A DNA stretch of 64,000 nucleotides from Chloroflexota bacterium (GCA_018829775.1 JAHJTL010000061.1:5280-69279); one strand, 5' to 3'; positions 26,950-38,425 are shown, counted from the stretch's first letter. Numbers and translations are program-made. Notes: generated by a model not told the origin, from the letters alone.

Positions 26950-27966
26950 ATGATAGTTGAAATGCAGAGGGGGGTTGATGTCCAGCAGGTTGACAGCGTC
27001 GTGCAGCGCGCCAAATCGCTCGGCTTCCAGGTACAGTTGAACCTTGGCACGGACAAGGTAGTCATCGCCATCCTAGGCAGCAATACCGGGCAGGTGCCTA
27101 CGGATACTTTTGCCGTACTTCCCGGTGTGGAAAGCGTCACCCGTATTATGAAGCCGTATAAGCTGGCTTCCCGCGAGTTCAAGAGTGAAGACAGCGTGGT
27201 AAACGTGGGCAAGGTGCAGATCGGCGGGAAGCATGTCGTGGTCATGGCCGGCCCCTGTGCGGTGGAGAATGAAGAGCGGCTTATGGAAGTGGCCAAGGCA
27301 GTGAAAGAAGCGGGAGCAGCAGTGCTGCGCGGTGGAGCCTATAAACCGCGTTCCTCTCCGTTCAGTTTTCAGGGATTGGAGGAGGCGGGGTTGGAACTGC
27401 TGGCCAAAGCGAGAGAGACCTTCAGCTTACCGGTAATAACCGAAGTCGTTGACCCGCACGACGTTGAGCTTGTAATCAAATCAGCGGATATTCTTCAGGT
27501 TGGTGCTCGCAACATGCAGAACTTCGCCCTGCTAACCGAGGTGGGGAAAAGCCAGCGGCCGGTCATGCTCAAGCGCGGCTTTTCCAGCACCATCACGGAA
27601 TGGCTGACCGCCGCCGATTATCTGCTGGCCGAGGGAAATAACCAGGTCATTCTCTGCGAGCGCGGCATCAGGACATTCGAGGACAGTGTCCGCTTTTCGC
27701 TGGATATCTCCTCCGTGCCGGTGGTAAAGAAGTTCAGTCACCTGCCGTTGATTGTCGACCCAAGCCATGCGGCAGGGCACTACTCGCTGGTGCCGGCAAT
27801 CGCCAAAGCCGCCGTAGCGGCCGGGGCTGATGGAATCCTTATTGAAGTCCACCCCAACCCGAAGGAAGCGCTGGTGGACGGCCTGCAATCGCTGACCATA
27901 TCCGACTTCACCCGGCTGATGACAGAGTTGAAAGCAATTGCCAAATCGATTGGCAGATATATATAA
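26950..27966 (+). CDS. 3-deoxy-7-phosphoheptulonate (DAHP) synthase, type I-beta with N-terminal ferredoxin-like regulatory domain
   Basis: The ~70-aa N-domain (MIVEMQRGV...VAILGSN...VESVTRI) is followed by KPYKLASREF, MAGPCAVE, RGGAYKPRSSP and DPSHA. Confidence 0.9.
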   Translation: MIVEMQRGVDVQQVDSVVQRAKSLGFQVQLNLGTDKVVIAILGSNTGQVPTDTFAVLPGVESVTRIMKPYKLASREFKSEDSVVNVGKVQIGGKHVVVMAGPCAVENEERLMEVAKAVKEAGAAVLRGGAYKPRSSPFSFQGLEEAGLELLAKARETFSLPVITEVVDPHDVELVIKSADILQVGARNMQNFALLTEVGKSQRPVMLKRGFSSTITEWLTAADYLLAEGNNQVILCERGIRTFEDSVRFSLDISSVPVVKKFSHLPLIVDPSHAAGHYSLVPAIAKAAVAAGADGILIEVHPNPKEALVDGLQSLTISDFTRLMTELKAIAKSIGRYI

Positions 27967-27982
27967 TGGCACCTACTTATCT

Positions 27983-28675
27983 ATGATGGAAAAGGTCATC
28001 GTATCCTGGAGCGGGGGTAAAGACAGCGCCCTCAGCCTTTATGAGATTCAGCGAGACGGCAACTATCAGGTCGTGTCTTTGCTCACCTCGATAAGCGAGC
28101 CTCACGACCGGGTGAGCATGCATGGCGTGCGCCGCACGCTGCTGGAACAGCAGTCGCGGGCGCTGGGACTACCCTTAATAAAGATACCGATACCCAGGGA
28201 ATGCTCGGAAGAGGAATATGAGTCCCGTTTGATGGATGTCCTTGGCAAGGTGAAATCAGACGGCATAAATCACGTGGTTTTCGGGGATATCTTCCTGGAG
28301 TGGATCAAGGAGTACCGGGAAAAGAACCTGTCCAGATTAGGGATGACTCCCATCTTGCCCATCTGGGGACGTGAAACTCTAGAGCTTACCCGTTCCTTTA
28401 TCTCCCTGGGTTTCAAAGCGGTGATTACCTGCGTTAATACCAAATTAATGCCCAGGAGTTTTTTAGGTAAAGTGCTTGATGAGAATTTCCTGTCCGAGCT
28501 GCCGCCAGGCGTTGACCCCGCGGGTGAAAACGGTGAGTTCCACTCCTTCGTCTTCGCCGGGCCGATATTCAGGCAGAGTATCCCGTTCGCCCTGGGCAGA
28601 ACCGTCACCAGGGACTCATACTATTTCCGTGATCTGTTACCCAGTGAAGGGAGTGCTGATGAAAAACGTCATTAA
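27983..28675 (+). CDS. Dph6-related PP-loop ATP pyrophosphatase (MJ0570/Diphthami_syn_2 family)
   Basis: SWSGGKDS PP-loop, VVFGDIFLEW, GENGEFHSFV. The ATG at 27983 lies just after the DAHP synthase stop. Confidence 0.75.
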   Translation: MMEKVIVSWSGGKDSALSLYEIQRDGNYQVVSLLTSISEPHDRVSMHGVRRTLLEQQSRALGLPLIKIPIPRECSEEEYESRLMDVLGKVKSDGINHVVFGDIFLEWIKEYREKNLSRLGMTPILPIWGRETLELTRSFISLGFKAVITCVNTKLMPRSFLGKVLDENFLSELPPGVDPAGENGEFHSFVFAGPIFRQSIPFALGRTVTRDSYYFRDLLPSEGSADEKRH

Positions 28676-30095
28676 ATTCGGTACCGATGGCTGGCGAGCC
28701 ATAATCGCCATGGATTTTACCTTTGACAATGTACGGGTCTGCGCGCAGGGGGTCGTTGACTACCTGAAACAGGCGGGGATGACCAAACAGGGATTGATTA
28801 TCGGCTATGACACCCGTTTTGCTTCCGAGGACTTTGCCGCCGCCGCCGCCGAGGTGACCGCCGCGAGCGGAGTCAGGACCTACCTGTGTGATAGGGCAAC
28901 GCCAACGCCCGTCGTCAGTTACGGTGTGCTGGCCAGAAAGGCAGCCGGTGCCATCATTATCACCGCCAGCCACAATCCCGGCATCTGGAACGGTTTCAAA
29001 TATAAAGACTGGCACGGAGCCAGTGCACCGGATGATATTACCGCTGAAATAATAAAGGCAATCGATCGGATACTGGCTGAAGGACAGCCGGCACGGATGC
29101 CACTGGAAAAGGCTGTGGAAGAGGGGCTGGTGGAACACATTGACCTGGCACCTGTTTATCTCAAACAGGTGGCGAAGCTTGTAGACTTAAATGCAATACG
29201 CAAAGCTGGACTTGACATAATAATAGATTCCATGTACGGTGCCGGTATAGGTTATTTGAAAAGTATGCTGCAGGGTGGCGATACCAAGGTAACCGAGATA
29301 AACGGTGAACGCAATCCGCTTTTCCCAGGTATGGTGCGACCCGAGCCGATTGCCCTCAACCTGAAGAGGTTATCGGCGCTGGTCAGGGAGCAGGGGGCCA
29401 GCATTGGCCTGGCGACAGATGGCGATGCCGACCGCGTAGGCATAATAGATGAAAATGGCAGCTTCATCACCCAGCTACAGACTTTCGCCATGCTCTGCCT
29501 CTACCTTCTGGAGGCACGTGGGGAGAGGGGACCGCTGGTGAAAACACTGACCAGCTCCAGCATGATTGACCGGTTGGGCGAGCTGTACAACGTACCGGTA
29601 TTTGAGACGACGGTGGGCTTCAAGTATGTGGCCCCGATAATGAACGCCGAGAACGCGCTGATTGGCGGGGAGGAAAGTGGTGGCTACGGTTTCCGCGGCC
29701 ACGTTGCCGAGCGTGACGGCATCCTGGCGAGCCTCTATTTTCTCGATTTCATGATGAAGACGGGTAAAACGCCTTCAGAGCTTCTGTCCTATCTCTATGA
29801 CAGGGTCGGACCGCACTATTACCATCGGATAGATGCTGAGTTTCCGGAAGCGGAACGCAATACAATCATCAATCGACTGCGCGACAATCCGCCGGACTTA
29901 ATTGAAGGGGTAAAAGTTAACAAAATCGATACTGCCGATGGCTTCCGGTATATCCTGGCGGATAACAGCTGGCTGCTGATAAGGTTTTCCGGCACGGAGC
30001 CGGTGCTCCGCATCTACGCAGAGAGCAGCTCTGACGCCAAAGTGGAAAGGCTGCTGGAATCCGGGAAGAAACTGGCCGGAATCAGACAGAAATAG
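28659..30095 (+). CDS. Alpha-D-phosphohexomutase (phosphoglucomutase/phosphomannomutase family)
   Basis: FGTDGWRA, TASHNPGIWNGFK (phosphoserine loop), ATDGDADR (Mg site) and GEESGG. The start overlaps the preceding gene by 17 nt. Confidence 0.85.
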   Translation: MKNVIKFGTDGWRAIIAMDFTFDNVRVCAQGVVDYLKQAGMTKQGLIIGYDTRFASEDFAAAAAEVTAASGVRTYLCDRATPTPVVSYGVLARKAAGAIIITASHNPGIWNGFKYKDWHGASAPDDITAEIIKAIDRILAEGQPARMPLEKAVEEGLVEHIDLAPVYLKQVAKLVDLNAIRKAGLDIIIDSMYGAGIGYLKSMLQGGDTKVTEINGERNPLFPGMVRPEPIALNLKRLSALVREQGASIGLATDGDADRVGIIDENGSFITQLQTFAMLCLYLLEARGERGPLVKTLTSSSMIDRLGELYNVPVFETTVGFKYVAPIMNAENALIGGEESGGYGFRGHVAERDGILASLYFLDFMMKTGKTPSELLSYLYDRVGPHYYHRIDAEFPEAERNTIINRLRDNPPDLIEGVKVNKIDTADGFRYILADNSWLLIRFSGTEPVLRIYAESSSDAKVERLLESGKKLAGIRQK

Positions 30096-30125
30096 GCTTA
30101 ATATTTTCAAACAATTTATTAGAGA

Positions 30126-30155
30126 CAAAAAAGAGAGGGGCGGAAGCCCCTCTCT
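30126..30155 (-). terminator. Intrinsic terminator of the rplM-rpsI unit (possibly bidirectional)
   Basis: A 10-bp stem AGAGAGGGGC/GCCCCTCTCT with a GGAA loop (30132-30155). On the minus strand it is followed by TTTTTT (30127-30132). It sits between convergent genes. Confidence 0.7.
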
Positions 30156-30183
30156 CATATTTCACCATAATGATTGTTAAGGC

Positions 30184-30582
30184 TTAACGCTTGGTGTACT
30201 GAGGTGCTTTGCGCGCTCGCCTGAGCCCGGGTTTCTTTCGCTCTTTCACCCGCGGGTCGCGGGTAAGCAGACCGTTCTGGCGCAGTATGGGCTTGAGGCT
30301 CCCGTCCGCCTCCACAAGAGCGCGGGCAATACCGAGTGAGATGGCGCCGCTCTGGCCGGTAATGCCGCCGCCATTCACCTTGACCATGGCGTTGTAATTG
30401 CCCAGGCTTTCCGTGACCAGAAGAGGCTGCAGTATCGCGCGGCGGTGCTCCAGGCTGGGGAACAATTCCTCATAGGGCACACCATTGATGATTATGGCGC
30501 CGTTGCCGGGCATAATCCTTACCTGAGCTACAGATGTCTTTCTCCGTCCGGTACCGTGAAAATAGGATTGTTTTGTTGCCAT
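30184..30582 (-). CDS. rpsI: 30S ribosomal protein uS9
   Basis: YFHGTGRRKTSVAQVRI...RDPRVKERKKPGLRRARKAPQYTKR. Confidence 0.95.
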   Translation of the reverse strand: MATKQSYFHGTGRRKTSVAQVRIMPGNGAIIINGVPYEELFPSLEHRRAILQPLLVTESLGNYNAMVKVNGGGITGQSGAISLGIARALVEADGSLKPILRQNGLLTRDPRVKERKKPGLRRARKAPQYTKR

Positions 30583-31041
30583 TTAGCTTACCCTCTGTTC
30601 TTCTGTCTTTGGCTTGGTGCCTGATGATTGTGCTACCTGCGCGAGATGCGGGTGCGTATCACCGGTATAAACCCTGAGTTTCTTCCGTATCTCGGCACCC
30701 AGTCGCGTATGTGGCAGCATACCCCTGATGGCGTGCTCGACGACCCGCGTTGGGTTATCCTGCATCATTTTTTCCAGTGATATGCTTTTGAATCCTCCCG
30801 GATAGCCGGAATGCCGGTAGTAGTGCTTCTGCTTCAGCTTATTGCCCGTAACCTGTACTTTTTCGGCATTGATTACGATAACGTGGTCGCCGGTATCCAG
30901 ATTGTAGCTGAAAGTTGGCTTGTGTTTACCCATGAGCAGGCCGGCGGCTTCCGTGGCCAGCTTGCCCAGTGTCCTGCCTGAAGCATCAATCACGTGCCAC
31001 TTTCGCTCAACGTCCTTTATTTTGGTGCTGTAGGTTTTCAA
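30583..31041 (-). CDS. rplM: 50S ribosomal protein uL13 (TTG start)
   Basis: (L)[19 protein letters not shown]. The TTG at 31041 is preceded by GGGAGGAA. The longer ORF N-terminus is implausible. Confidence 0.9.
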   Translation of the reverse strand: MKTYSTKIKDVERKWHVIDASGRTLGKLATEAAGLLMGKHKPTFSYNLDTGDHVIVINAEKVQVTGNKLKQKHYYRHSGYPGGFKSISLEKMMQDNPTRVVEHAIRGMLPHTRLGAEIRKKLRVYTGDTHPHLAQVAQSSGTKPKTEEQRVS

Positions 31042-31811
31042 TTGCGCAGTTCCTCCCGGGAATGTGGATAATTCACTCGCATCAGGCATAACCCTTGGGC
31101 AGGCGCAGTTGGGCCTGCCAGCCCGGGTGTCCTTGCTTCTAATATACTACGAAATTCGTCAGCTGTCATCTTACCCAGACCCACCCTGATGAGCGCCCCA
31201 ACGGTATTCCGTACCTGGTGGGGCAGAAAAGAATTGGCGATTATGCGAAAAGTAATCAGGTCGCCATCCTTTATCACATCGGCCTGGTGGACACGGCGCA
31301 CCGTGCTCTTTATACGGCTTTCCAGAGCCGTGGCGAATGAGGCGAAATCATGCTCACCGGCGAGACACTGACAGGCTTTATTCATCGCCGCTATATCCAG
31401 TTTGCCCGGAACATGGTGGGCAAAGCGATGCCGGATAGGGGAGCGGGCGGTTCGATTCAATATAATGTAATGGTATTCTCGACTTACCGCATTACGACGA
31501 ACGTTGAATACATCATTGACCCGGAAAGCGTCCCTCACCGCAATATCATCGGGCAGATAGTGATTCAAGCCGCCGATAAACGCGTGTTCCGGCAGCGATG
31601 AGGTGGTGCGTAAGCTCACCACCTGCTCCTGGGCGTGAACGCCGGTGTCAGTGCGACTTGCCGCCAGCACGCGAACTCTTTCTCCGGTCAGCTTCAATAA
31701 TGCCGACTCAACCTCGCCCTGAACGGTGGGTTGACTGACCTGCAGTTGAAAACCGTGGTAGTTTGTGCCGTCATATTCCATAATCAGTACCATCTTGGTG
31801 TGCTCTGCCAA
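31038..31811 (-). CDS. truA: tRNA pseudouridine(38-40) synthase
   Basis: [15 protein letters not shown] and [10 protein letters not shown] (catalytic Asp). Its stop overlaps the rplM start (TTGA). Confidence 0.9.
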   Translation of the reverse strand: MAEHTKMVLIMEYDGTNYHGFQLQVSQPTVQGEVESALLKLTGERVRVLAASRTDTGVHAQEQVVSLRTTSSLPEHAFIGGLNHYLPDDIAVRDAFRVNDVFNVRRNAVSREYHYIILNRTARSPIRHRFAHHVPGKLDIAAMNKACQCLAGEHDFASFATALESRIKSTVRRVHQADVIKDGDLITFRIIANSFLPHQVRNTVGALIRVGLGKMTADEFRSILEARTPGLAGPTAPAQGLCLMRVNYPHSREELRN

Positions 31812-31847
31812 GCTGACAACCTCTTCTTGCTGTAATAATGATGGTGG

Positions 31848-32201
31848 TTACTCGACCAGTGAAAGCTGCACCATGGGTGCACTGTCTCCCAGTCTGGGAC
31901 CAAGCTTCACAATGCGAGTGTAACCGCCGTGTCGCTCGGCGTATCTTGTGGCCAGCTCGGAAAAAACCTTGTCCGCCACATTCTTGTCATAAATAAATGA
32001 CAGTGCCTGCCGAAATGCACTCAGGCCGCCTTCCTTGCCAAGAGTGACCATTTTTTCGGCGAGGCTACGTACTTCCTTCGCCTTGGGCTCGGTAGTAACG
32101 ATTTTCTCGTATCTCAGCAGGTCGGTCACGAGATTGCGGTACAATGCTTTACGGTGACTGGTCGTCCTGCCTAATTTTCTTCCCGCTACGTTATGCCTCA
32201 T
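31848..32201 (-). CDS. rplQ: 50S ribosomal protein bL17
   Basis: [20 protein letters not shown]... Confidence 0.95.
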   Translation of the reverse strand: MRHNVAGRKLGRTTSHRKALYRNLVTDLLRYEKIVTTEPKAKEVRSLAEKMVTLGKEGGLSAFRQALSFIYDKNVADKVFSELATRYAERHGGYTRIVKLGPRLGDSAPMVQLSLVE

Positions 32202-33237
32202 CTTCTGCTTCTCCGGATTGCGACTCGCTTTCTTCTGACATATCTATGGCCGTGTCTGTCTCTTCTGGTGATGCGTCTTCTGGCGGCGTTTCTTCTTTTG
32301 CGCCAACCTGTGACGAGAGGGACAGCCCCAGTTCCTTCAGTTTATCCCCTATCTCATTAAACGATTTCTGGCCGAAGTTGCGCAGCTGGAGTAAATCCTT
32401 TGCTTTTTTACTGATAAGTTCGCCAACCGTGGCGATGCCGCCGCGCCTGAGGCAGTTCATCGTCCGCACCGAGAGGTCCAGCTGTTCCACGGGCATATTG
32501 TATTTCTCATCGGGTATGGAGAGACGGATAAGCTGCTCTTCAGCTTTCATCTGGGATACCTTGATGTACTCAACAAACGGGCTGAGCTGCTCGATAAGTA
32601 TGCTGGCCGCGCGGCTGATGGCATCAACTGGAGTTGTAGTGCCATCGGTCCATACTTCCAGAACCAGCCGCTCGTGGCTGGTCTCACGCCCCACGTGAAC
32701 TGGCTCGGTGGTGAAATTGGCCTTGCGTGTCGGAGAGAAGATGGCATCAACGGGAATTGTCCCCACCGGCATACTATCATTTGACTCAGCGGTCCGATAA
32801 CCCTCGCCCAGTTCGATATCAAACTCAATATAGAGCTTGGCTTCCGGTGAATCAAGCGTGATCAGATTAATTTCCGGATTGGAGATTTCAAAGTCGGTTG
32901 ATGGTTTGATATCCGCAGCACAAACTTGACCCTCACCCTGTATATCGAGGACCAGTTTACCGGGCTGGCCGGAAAGCGGCTTTATCCGTATCGCCTTGAC
33001 GTTGAGTAAAAATTCGGTGACATCTTCCTTGGCGTGAGGAATGGCGGTGAATTCATGCCTGATGCCTTCGATCCTGACCTGCGTTACTGCCGCACCAGGG
33101 AGGTAACCCAGCAATATACGACGCAGGGCATTGCCGAGTGTAACGCCAAAACCGCGTTCCAGCGGCTCGGCGGTAAACCGGCCGTAGTTGTCCTTACTCT
33201 CTCTGCAATCGATTTTCGGAATTATCAGACGAGACAA
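32191..33237 (-). CDS. rpoA: DNA-directed RNA polymerase subunit alpha (with ~40-aa acidic C-terminal tail)
   Basis: [26 protein letters not shown]. The CTD is [23 protein letters not shown]. The tail is ...[34 protein letters not shown]. Confidence 0.95.
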   Translation of the reverse strand: MSRLIIPKIDCRESKDNYGRFTAEPLERGFGVTLGNALRRILLGYLPGAAVTQVRIEGIRHEFTAIPHAKEDVTEFLLNVKAIRIKPLSGQPGKLVLDIQGEGQVCAADIKPSTDFEISNPEINLITLDSPEAKLYIEFDIELGEGYRTAESNDSMPVGTIPVDAIFSPTRKANFTTEPVHVGRETSHERLVLEVWTDGTTTPVDAISRAASILIEQLSPFVEYIKVSQMKAEEQLIRLSIPDEKYNMPVEQLDLSVRTMNCLRRGGIATVGELISKKAKDLLQLRNFGQKSFNEIGDKLKELGLSLSSQVGAKEETPPEDASPEETDTAIDMSEESESQSGEAEDEA

Positions 33238-33258
33238 AAGTCTCTACCTCCTTACTCT

Positions 33259-33885
33259 TTATCGCGAGTAGTGTTCCACGATTGTTTTGCCGTCAAACGT
33301 GGCTTCTATGTCTTCTGGTGTGGGCAGAGAAACCACCTGCCCCACCAGCTTTTTCTTATCCAGACTCAACCATTCTGGCACTGTCTTGGATTCAATGGTC
33401 TGCGCAAGCTGTTTGTAATATTCCGACTTGGCACTTTCTTTCCGCCAGCTAATCGTGTCCCCCTCCTTGACCAGTGCCGAAGGGATATCGGTCCGCCGAT
33501 CGTTGAGCGTAATATGCCCGTGGCAGACCAGCTGGCGCGCCTGATTACGTGAGTCAGAGAAACCTAGGCGATAGACGATGTTGTCCAGTCGCCTCTCCAG
33601 CAGGATGAGCAGGTTATCGCCAGTAACGCCTGCCTGCCTTCCCGCTTCGGTAAAGGTCCTCCGGAACTGTTTCTCCAGCATGCCGTAGCTGTAGCGGGCT
33701 TTCTGTTTCTCACGAAGCTGCATGCCGCGGTCGGATATTCTCTGCCGCCGGCGGGACTGCTGTCCCGGGGGCCTCGGCCGCTTCTCAATACTGCACTTGG
33801 GTGTAAAGCACCGATCGCCCTTCAGGAAGAGCTTTACGCCGCTGCGGCGGCACATCCGACATACTGCGCCAACGTATCTTGCCAT
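33259..33885 (-). CDS. rpsD: 30S ribosomal protein uS4 (Cys4 zinc-finger form)
   Basis: [32 protein letters not shown]... has CxxC-x13-C-x4-C. Confidence 0.95.
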   Translation of the reverse strand: MARYVGAVCRMCRRSGVKLFLKGDRCFTPKCSIEKRPRPPGQQSRRRQRISDRGMQLREKQKARYSYGMLEKQFRRTFTEAGRQAGVTGDNLLILLERRLDNIVYRLGFSDSRNQARQLVCHGHITLNDRRTDIPSALVKEGDTISWRKESAKSEYYKQLAQTIESKTVPEWLSLDKKKLVGQVVSLPTPEDIEATFDGKTIVEHYSR

Positions 33886-33897
33886 TTTCCCTCTCTT

Positions 33898-34290
33898 CTA
33901 CACTCTTCGTCTTTTTGGCGGGCGGCAGCCGTTATGGGGGATGGGGGTAACATCTTTAATGCCCGTAATATACAGTCCAGAACTTTGCAGCGAGCGGATG
34001 GCTGCCTCACGACCGCTACCTGGTCCCTTCACGTAGACCTCGACCTGACGCAGGCCGTGCATCATTGCCTTGCGTACCGCCTCACGAGCTGCCATCTGAG
34101 CGGCGTAGGGAGTACCCTTGCGGGAGCCTTTGAAACCGGCGGTGCCGGAACTGCCCCAGGCAATGACATTGCCCTCGGGGTCGGTGAGGGTAACAATAGT
34201 ATTGTTAAAGGTGGACTGAATAAAGGCTTTCCCTGCTGGAATATTCTTCCGTTCCCGCCGTCTTGTTCTCGCTTGCTTCTTCTGTGCCAT
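33898..34290 (-). CDS. rpsK: 30S ribosomal protein uS11
   Basis: [28 protein letters not shown]... Confidence 0.95.
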   Translation of the reverse strand: MAQKKQARTRRRERKNIPAGKAFIQSTFNNTIVTLTDPEGNVIAWGSSGTAGFKGSRKGTPYAAQMAAREAVRKAMMHGLRQVEVYVKGPGSGREAAIRSLQSSGLYITGIKDVTPIPHNGCRPPKRRRV

Positions 34291-34309
34291 AAAAGACTCC
34301 TTGTCTTAC

Positions 34310-34699
34310 TTATTTCTTAGCCATGCCTCGTCTCTGACCTCTGCCGGCTACTGTCTTGCGAACACCCCGCCGGGCTCGGGCATTGGTTCGGGTGCGCTGC
34401 CCCCTCGCCGGCAGGTTATAACGATGCCGGCTGCCACGGTAGCTGCCGATTTCAATGAGGCGCTTGACGTTCATCTGAACCTCGCGCCTGAGTTCGCCCT
34501 CGACCCTGTATTGCTTGTCGATAACCTCGCGGAGGCGATTTACCTCATCTTCGGTAAGTTCACTCACCTTGGTGTCCGGGTTGATGCTGGTCTGGGCCAG
34601 AATCCGGCGGCTCAGATGAGGGCCAATACCGTAAATATACTGCAGAGATACCCAGGTGTGCTTATCTCTCGGTATGTCAACTCCAGCAATTCGTGCCAT
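34310..34699 (-). CDS. rpsM: 30S ribosomal protein uS13
   Basis: [26 protein letters not shown]... Confidence 0.95.
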   Translation of the reverse strand: MARIAGVDIPRDKHTWVSLQYIYGIGPHLSRRILAQTSINPDTKVSELTEDEVNRLREVIDKQYRVEGELRREVQMNVKRLIEIGSYRGSRHRYNLPARGQRTRTNARARRGVRKTVAGRGQRRGMAKK

Positions 34700-34721
34700 T
34701 CTGCTACCTCCTTACCTCGGC

Positions 34722-34835
34722 TTATCCCTGGCGCTGTTTGTGCTTCGGGTTGGAACAGATAACCCTGACCACGCCGTGCCGTTTCACCACCTTGCATTTT
34801 TCACATCGTACTTTTACGGATGCTTTTACTTTCAT
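34722..34835 (-). CDS. rpmJ: 50S ribosomal protein bL36 (37 aa, not in the ORF track)
   Basis: Hand translation of the minus strand gives [37 protein letters not shown]. It has the CxxC...C..H zinc motif and lies between infA and rpsM. Confidence 0.9.
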   Translation of the reverse strand: MKVKASVKVRCEKCKVVKRHGVVRVICSNPKHKQRQG

Positions 34836-34851
34836 TGTCAAATCCTTCGAC

Positions 34852-35070
34852 TCACTTGAATCGGTATACTATCCTACCACGATTGAGGTCGTATGGAGAA
34901 AGCTCAACCAGCACCTTGTCCCCGGGCAGGACCCGGATGTAGTGCATCCGTATCTTGCCGGAGATATGGGCCAGCACAACGTGTCCATTCGCCAGCTCAA
35001 CGCGAAACATGGCATTCGGTAACGCTTCCAATACCGTTCCTTCAACCTCAATTGTCTCTTTCTTAGGCAT
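34852..35070 (-). CDS. infA: Translation initiation factor IF-1
   Basis: [53 protein letters not shown]... The internal ATG at 35070 was chosen. Confidence 0.95.
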   Translation of the reverse strand: MPKKETIEVEGTVLEALPNAMFRVELANGHVVLAHISGKIRMHYIRVLPGDKVLVELSPYDLNRGRIVYRFK

Positions 35071-35071
35071 A

Positions 35072-35821
35072 TTATTCTCTGGTAAGAACCTCCGGTCCGC
35101 CGTCAGTAATGGCAATGGTATGCTCACAATGTGCCGATAGGCTGCCATCAGCCGTAAAGACCGTCCATTGGTCGTCACCAACACGGGTGCGCCAGTCGCC
35201 TGCATTCACCATCGGTTCGAGGGCAAGGATCATTCCCTTTTTCAGCACCGGACCCGAATCGGGCAGGCCGAAATTGGGTATTTGTGGCTCTTCATGCATG
35301 TCGCGACCAATACCATGACCCGTGTATTCCCGAACTACGGAATAACCTCTGGATTCGGCGTAGTTCTGTATGGCGTAGGAGATATCTCCCAGCTTAGCTC
35401 CAGCACGGGCGGCGCTGATGCCGGTTTTCAGGGCACCTTCTGTCGTCTCAATGAGCGCTTCCGCTTTCTTGCTTATTCTGCCTACGCCAACGGTCAATGC
35501 CGCATCACCCTGAAAACCATTACAAATGGCTCCGAAATCCAAGGAAACGATGTCACCTTCACGCAGCACCCGATTTCCCGGAATGCCGTGCACTATTTCG
35601 TCATTTATTGAAACGCAGAGGTTGGCCGGAAAGCCACGATAGCCCTTGAATGATGATTTAGCCCCGTGGTTTTTCAGCTCTTTCTCAGCTATGGTATCCA
35701 GCTCTTTCGTTTCCATTCCCGGTCTGATTTGCTCCACTATTTTTTTTAATATCATCGCGACGATTCTGCCTGCCTGGCGCATGGCCGCGATTTCATCTTC
35801 AGTTTTGATAATAATCGTCAT
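35072..35821 (-). CDS. map: Type I methionine aminopeptidase
   Basis: [24 protein letters not shown] and EHT metal-ligand motifs. Confidence 0.95.
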   Translation of the reverse strand: MTIIIKTEDEIAAMRQAGRIVAMILKKIVEQIRPGMETKELDTIAEKELKNHGAKSSFKGYRGFPANLCVSINDEIVHGIPGNRVLREGDIVSLDFGAICNGFQGDAALTVGVGRISKKAEALIETTEGALKTGISAARAGAKLGDISYAIQNYAESRGYSVVREYTGHGIGRDMHEEPQIPNFGLPDSGPVLKKGMILALEPMVNAGDWRTRVGDDQWTVFTADGSLSAHCEHTIAITDGGPEVLTRE

Positions 35822-36483
35822 CGAGTGGCCAGTTTCTCTGCGGGAAGGGCGGCCACGATTCTTTGTGCCACCTCTTCCACGCTGCCTTCTCCTTCAATTT
35901 CCAGTAACTTGCCCTGACGGCGATAATAATCTATAAGTGGTGCTGTCTCGGCAAAATATACGTCAAGCCGCTTCTTTACCGTTTCCGGTTTATCATCGGG
36001 GCGCTGGTAAAGCTCACCCCCACACTTATCGCATTTTCCCGCCACTCCGGGCGGGGAGTTAACCATGTTGTACACCGCCTGGCACTGTCGGCAGAGCCAG
36101 CGGCCGCTCAGTCTGCGAATCAGTTCCTCTTCGGAGACGCTGATGGAAACCACTTTATCAATTGCTTTACCCTGCTCACGCAAGGCGCTGTCCAGCGCTT
36201 CCGCCTGCGGCAAGTTGCGGGGAAAACCATCCAGGATTATCCCCTTCTCGCAGTCAGGAGCGGACAGCCGTTCCATGACCATCTGTATGGTTATCTCGTC
36301 GGGAACCAGTACCCCCTTTTCCATATAGGCTTTTGCCTTTTTCCCCAGCTCCGTTCCCTGCTCCAGCGCCTGCCGGAACAGGTCGCCGGACGAGATATGA
36401 ACCAGGTTTAATTTCCGGGCAACCATCGAGGCCTGCGTTCCCTTGCCGGCCCCGGGTGCTCCCATAAAAATTATATTATACAA
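35818..36483 (-). CDS. adk: Adenylate kinase (Cys4 zinc LID)
   Basis: GAPGAGKGTQ P-loop. The LID is CRQCQAVYN...CDKCGGEL. Confidence 0.95.
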   Translation of the reverse strand: MYNIIFMGAPGAGKGTQASMVARKLNLVHISSGDLFRQALEQGTELGKKAKAYMEKGVLVPDEITIQMVMERLSAPDCEKGIILDGFPRNLPQAEALDSALREQGKAIDKVVSISVSEEELIRRLSGRWLCRQCQAVYNMVNSPPGVAGKCDKCGGELYQRPDDKPETVKKRLDVYFAETAPLIDYYRRQGKLLEIEGEGSVEEVAQRIVAALPAEKLATR

Positions 36484-36491
36484 CTTTATAC

Positions 36492-37802
36492 CTACCTGAT
36501 AAAGCCTTCATATCTGCGCATCACGAGCTGTGCTTCAAGCTGTTTCATGGTGTCCAGCACCACGCCCACCATAATGAGAAGCCCCAGGCTGGAGAGCTGT
36601 ATGACCTGGACATCGGTTATATGCCGGGCAGCGAAAGGCATGACCGCAATGCAGGCAAGGAAAAGAGCCCCGCCCCAGGTGATGCGGTTGATGACACCGT
36701 TAAGGTAGCTCTGAGTGTTTTTTCCCGGTCGGATGCCGGGTACAAATCCTCCCTGACGCTGCAGGACTCCCGGCAGGTCCTGCTGCTGGTAAATCACCAT
36801 GGTGTAGAAGAAGGCGAAGGCCATCGCCATGGCGAAGTAAAGACCCCAGTAGAACAGCCCCAGGGGCAGGGCAGCATTCGGGTTGAACAGTCTCATAACC
36901 CAGTCGGCGAAATTTGGCTCGACCGGGTTGGAAAAGTAGCTGGCAACGATGCCCGGAAAGAGGACGATTGACATGGCGAAGATGAGTGGTATCATGCCAG
37001 CCGCGTTCACCCGGAGCGGAATGTGCGTCGTTCCGGATTGACGGTACATACGTCCGCTGCGAAAAACGCTCTTGGCGTACTGCACCGGAATGCGGCGGTG
37101 CGCCTCGGTGAAGATGACGATAACCATAATGGTGAGGACCACGATAATCAAATAGGCCGACAGACCGGCAAAGTTCTCCCTGGCCAGGAAGCCCTGGCCA
37201 ATCATTTCCGGCAGCTGTGACACGATGCCGCCAAAAATAATGATTGATATACCGTTGCCAATGCCGTATTCCGTAATCAGCTCACCGAGCCATACCAGGA
37301 ATATGGTACCGGCCACCATAGACAGCACCATCGACACCATGGGCAGCGGTGCGGCGCTGGAGAGCACTCCCTCGCGCTGCAGGTAGACGAGCTGTCCGTA
37401 ACCCTGCACTGAGGCCAACGGTACCACCATCCAGTGGGTGATGAGATTGATTTTGTTTCTACCGGATTCTCCCTCGCGGGAAAGGGCATTGAGGCGGGGG
37501 ATTACCGGCACCAGAAGCATCATGATAATCGAGGCGGTAATGTACGGATAAACACCCATCGCCGCCACGCTGAGCCGTCGCAAGGCGCCACCGCTGAACA
37601 TGTCCAGCATACCGAGCAGGGCATTGCGTTCAAACAGCGACTGCAGGGCGCTCTGGTCCACGCCGGGGAGGGGCACGTGAGCGATAAAGCGGAAGATGAC
37701 CAGAATGCCGATGGTGATAAGGATGCGGCGCCTCAGGTCCGGCAGGCTGAAGGCATCCAGCATTGCCTGGAGCAGGCGCGGCCTACTTGGTCTGGGCCGC
37801 AT
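36492..37802 (-). CDS. secY: Preprotein translocase subunit SecY
   Basis: A 10-TM profile with ...[28 protein letters not shown]. The ATG at 37802 is preceded by GAGGAGGTGGAG. Confidence 0.95.
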   Translation of the reverse strand: MRPRPSRPRLLQAMLDAFSLPDLRRRILITIGILVIFRFIAHVPLPGVDQSALQSLFERNALLGMLDMFSGGALRRLSVAAMGVYPYITASIIMMLLVPVIPRLNALSREGESGRNKINLITHWMVVPLASVQGYGQLVYLQREGVLSSAAPLPMVSMVLSMVAGTIFLVWLGELITEYGIGNGISIIIFGGIVSQLPEMIGQGFLARENFAGLSAYLIIVVLTIMVIVIFTEAHRRIPVQYAKSVFRSGRMYRQSGTTHIPLRVNAAGMIPLIFAMSIVLFPGIVASYFSNPVEPNFADWVMRLFNPNAALPLGLFYWGLYFAMAMAFAFFYTMVIYQQQDLPGVLQRQGGFVPGIRPGKNTQSYLNGVINRITWGGALFLACIAVMPFAARHITDVQVIQLSSLGLLIMVGVVLDTMKQLEAQLVMRRYEGFIR

Positions 37803-38247
37803 ACTCCACCTCCTCGGCTTTTCCGCCGGCAGCCTCTATCTTGGCTTTCGCGGCCGTGGAAAACCTGTTTGCCTTCACAATAACGGCGTGACTGACCTCA
37901 CCATTGGCCAGGATTTTCACCGGGTGCTTTAACGTCTTCACCAGACCGGCAGCATGAAGCTTTTCAGGGGTAACCTCGCTGCCTTCCTCAAAAATATTCA
38001 GCTTATCCAGATTAACGATGCTGTACTCTTTGCGGAAAATGTTGACGAAACCGCGCTTCTGGGGCAGGCGTTTGATCAGTGGCAACTGCCCGCCTTCGAA
38101 GCCCGGGCGCATCTTATTGCCACTGCGGGACTTCTGTCCTTTCAGGCCACGTCCGGCATAAGTGCCGTGGCCACTGGCATTACCACGCCCTATCCTCTTT
38201 CGCGCTCTCTTGGAACCCGGCGGTGGCGCGATGTTATCTTGCCTCAC
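37783..38247 (-). CDS. rplO: 50S ribosomal protein uL15
   Basis: [27 protein letters not shown]... Confidence 0.95.
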   Translation of the reverse strand: MRQDNIAPPPGSKRARKRIGRGNASGHGTYAGRGLKGQKSRSGNKMRPGFEGGQLPLIKRLPQKRGFVNIFRKEYSIVNLDKLNIFEEGSEVTPEKLHAAGLVKTLKHPVKILANGEVSHAVIVKANRFSTAAKAKIEAAGGKAEEVEYAAQTK

Positions 38248-38425
38248 TTGCTTCCTCCACCTTGACGAGATGTCTTACCTTATTTATCATACCCCGCAGG
38301 GACATAGAATCCTCATGAACGACGCTCTGGTTGAGCCGGTGGAAACCGAGCGTAACCAGCGTACGTCGCTGAGATTCATTATAGCCGATAGCGCTTTTCA
38401 CCCAGGTAATGCGCAGCTTAGCCAC
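38234..38425 (-). CDS. rpmD: 50S ribosomal protein uL30 (GTG start)
   Basis: (V)[26 protein letters not shown]. The GTG at 38425 follows GGGAGG. Confidence 0.85.
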   Translation of the reverse strand: MAKLRITWVKSAIGYNESQRRTLVTLGFHRLNQSVVHEDSMSLRGMINKVRHLVKVEEASEAR

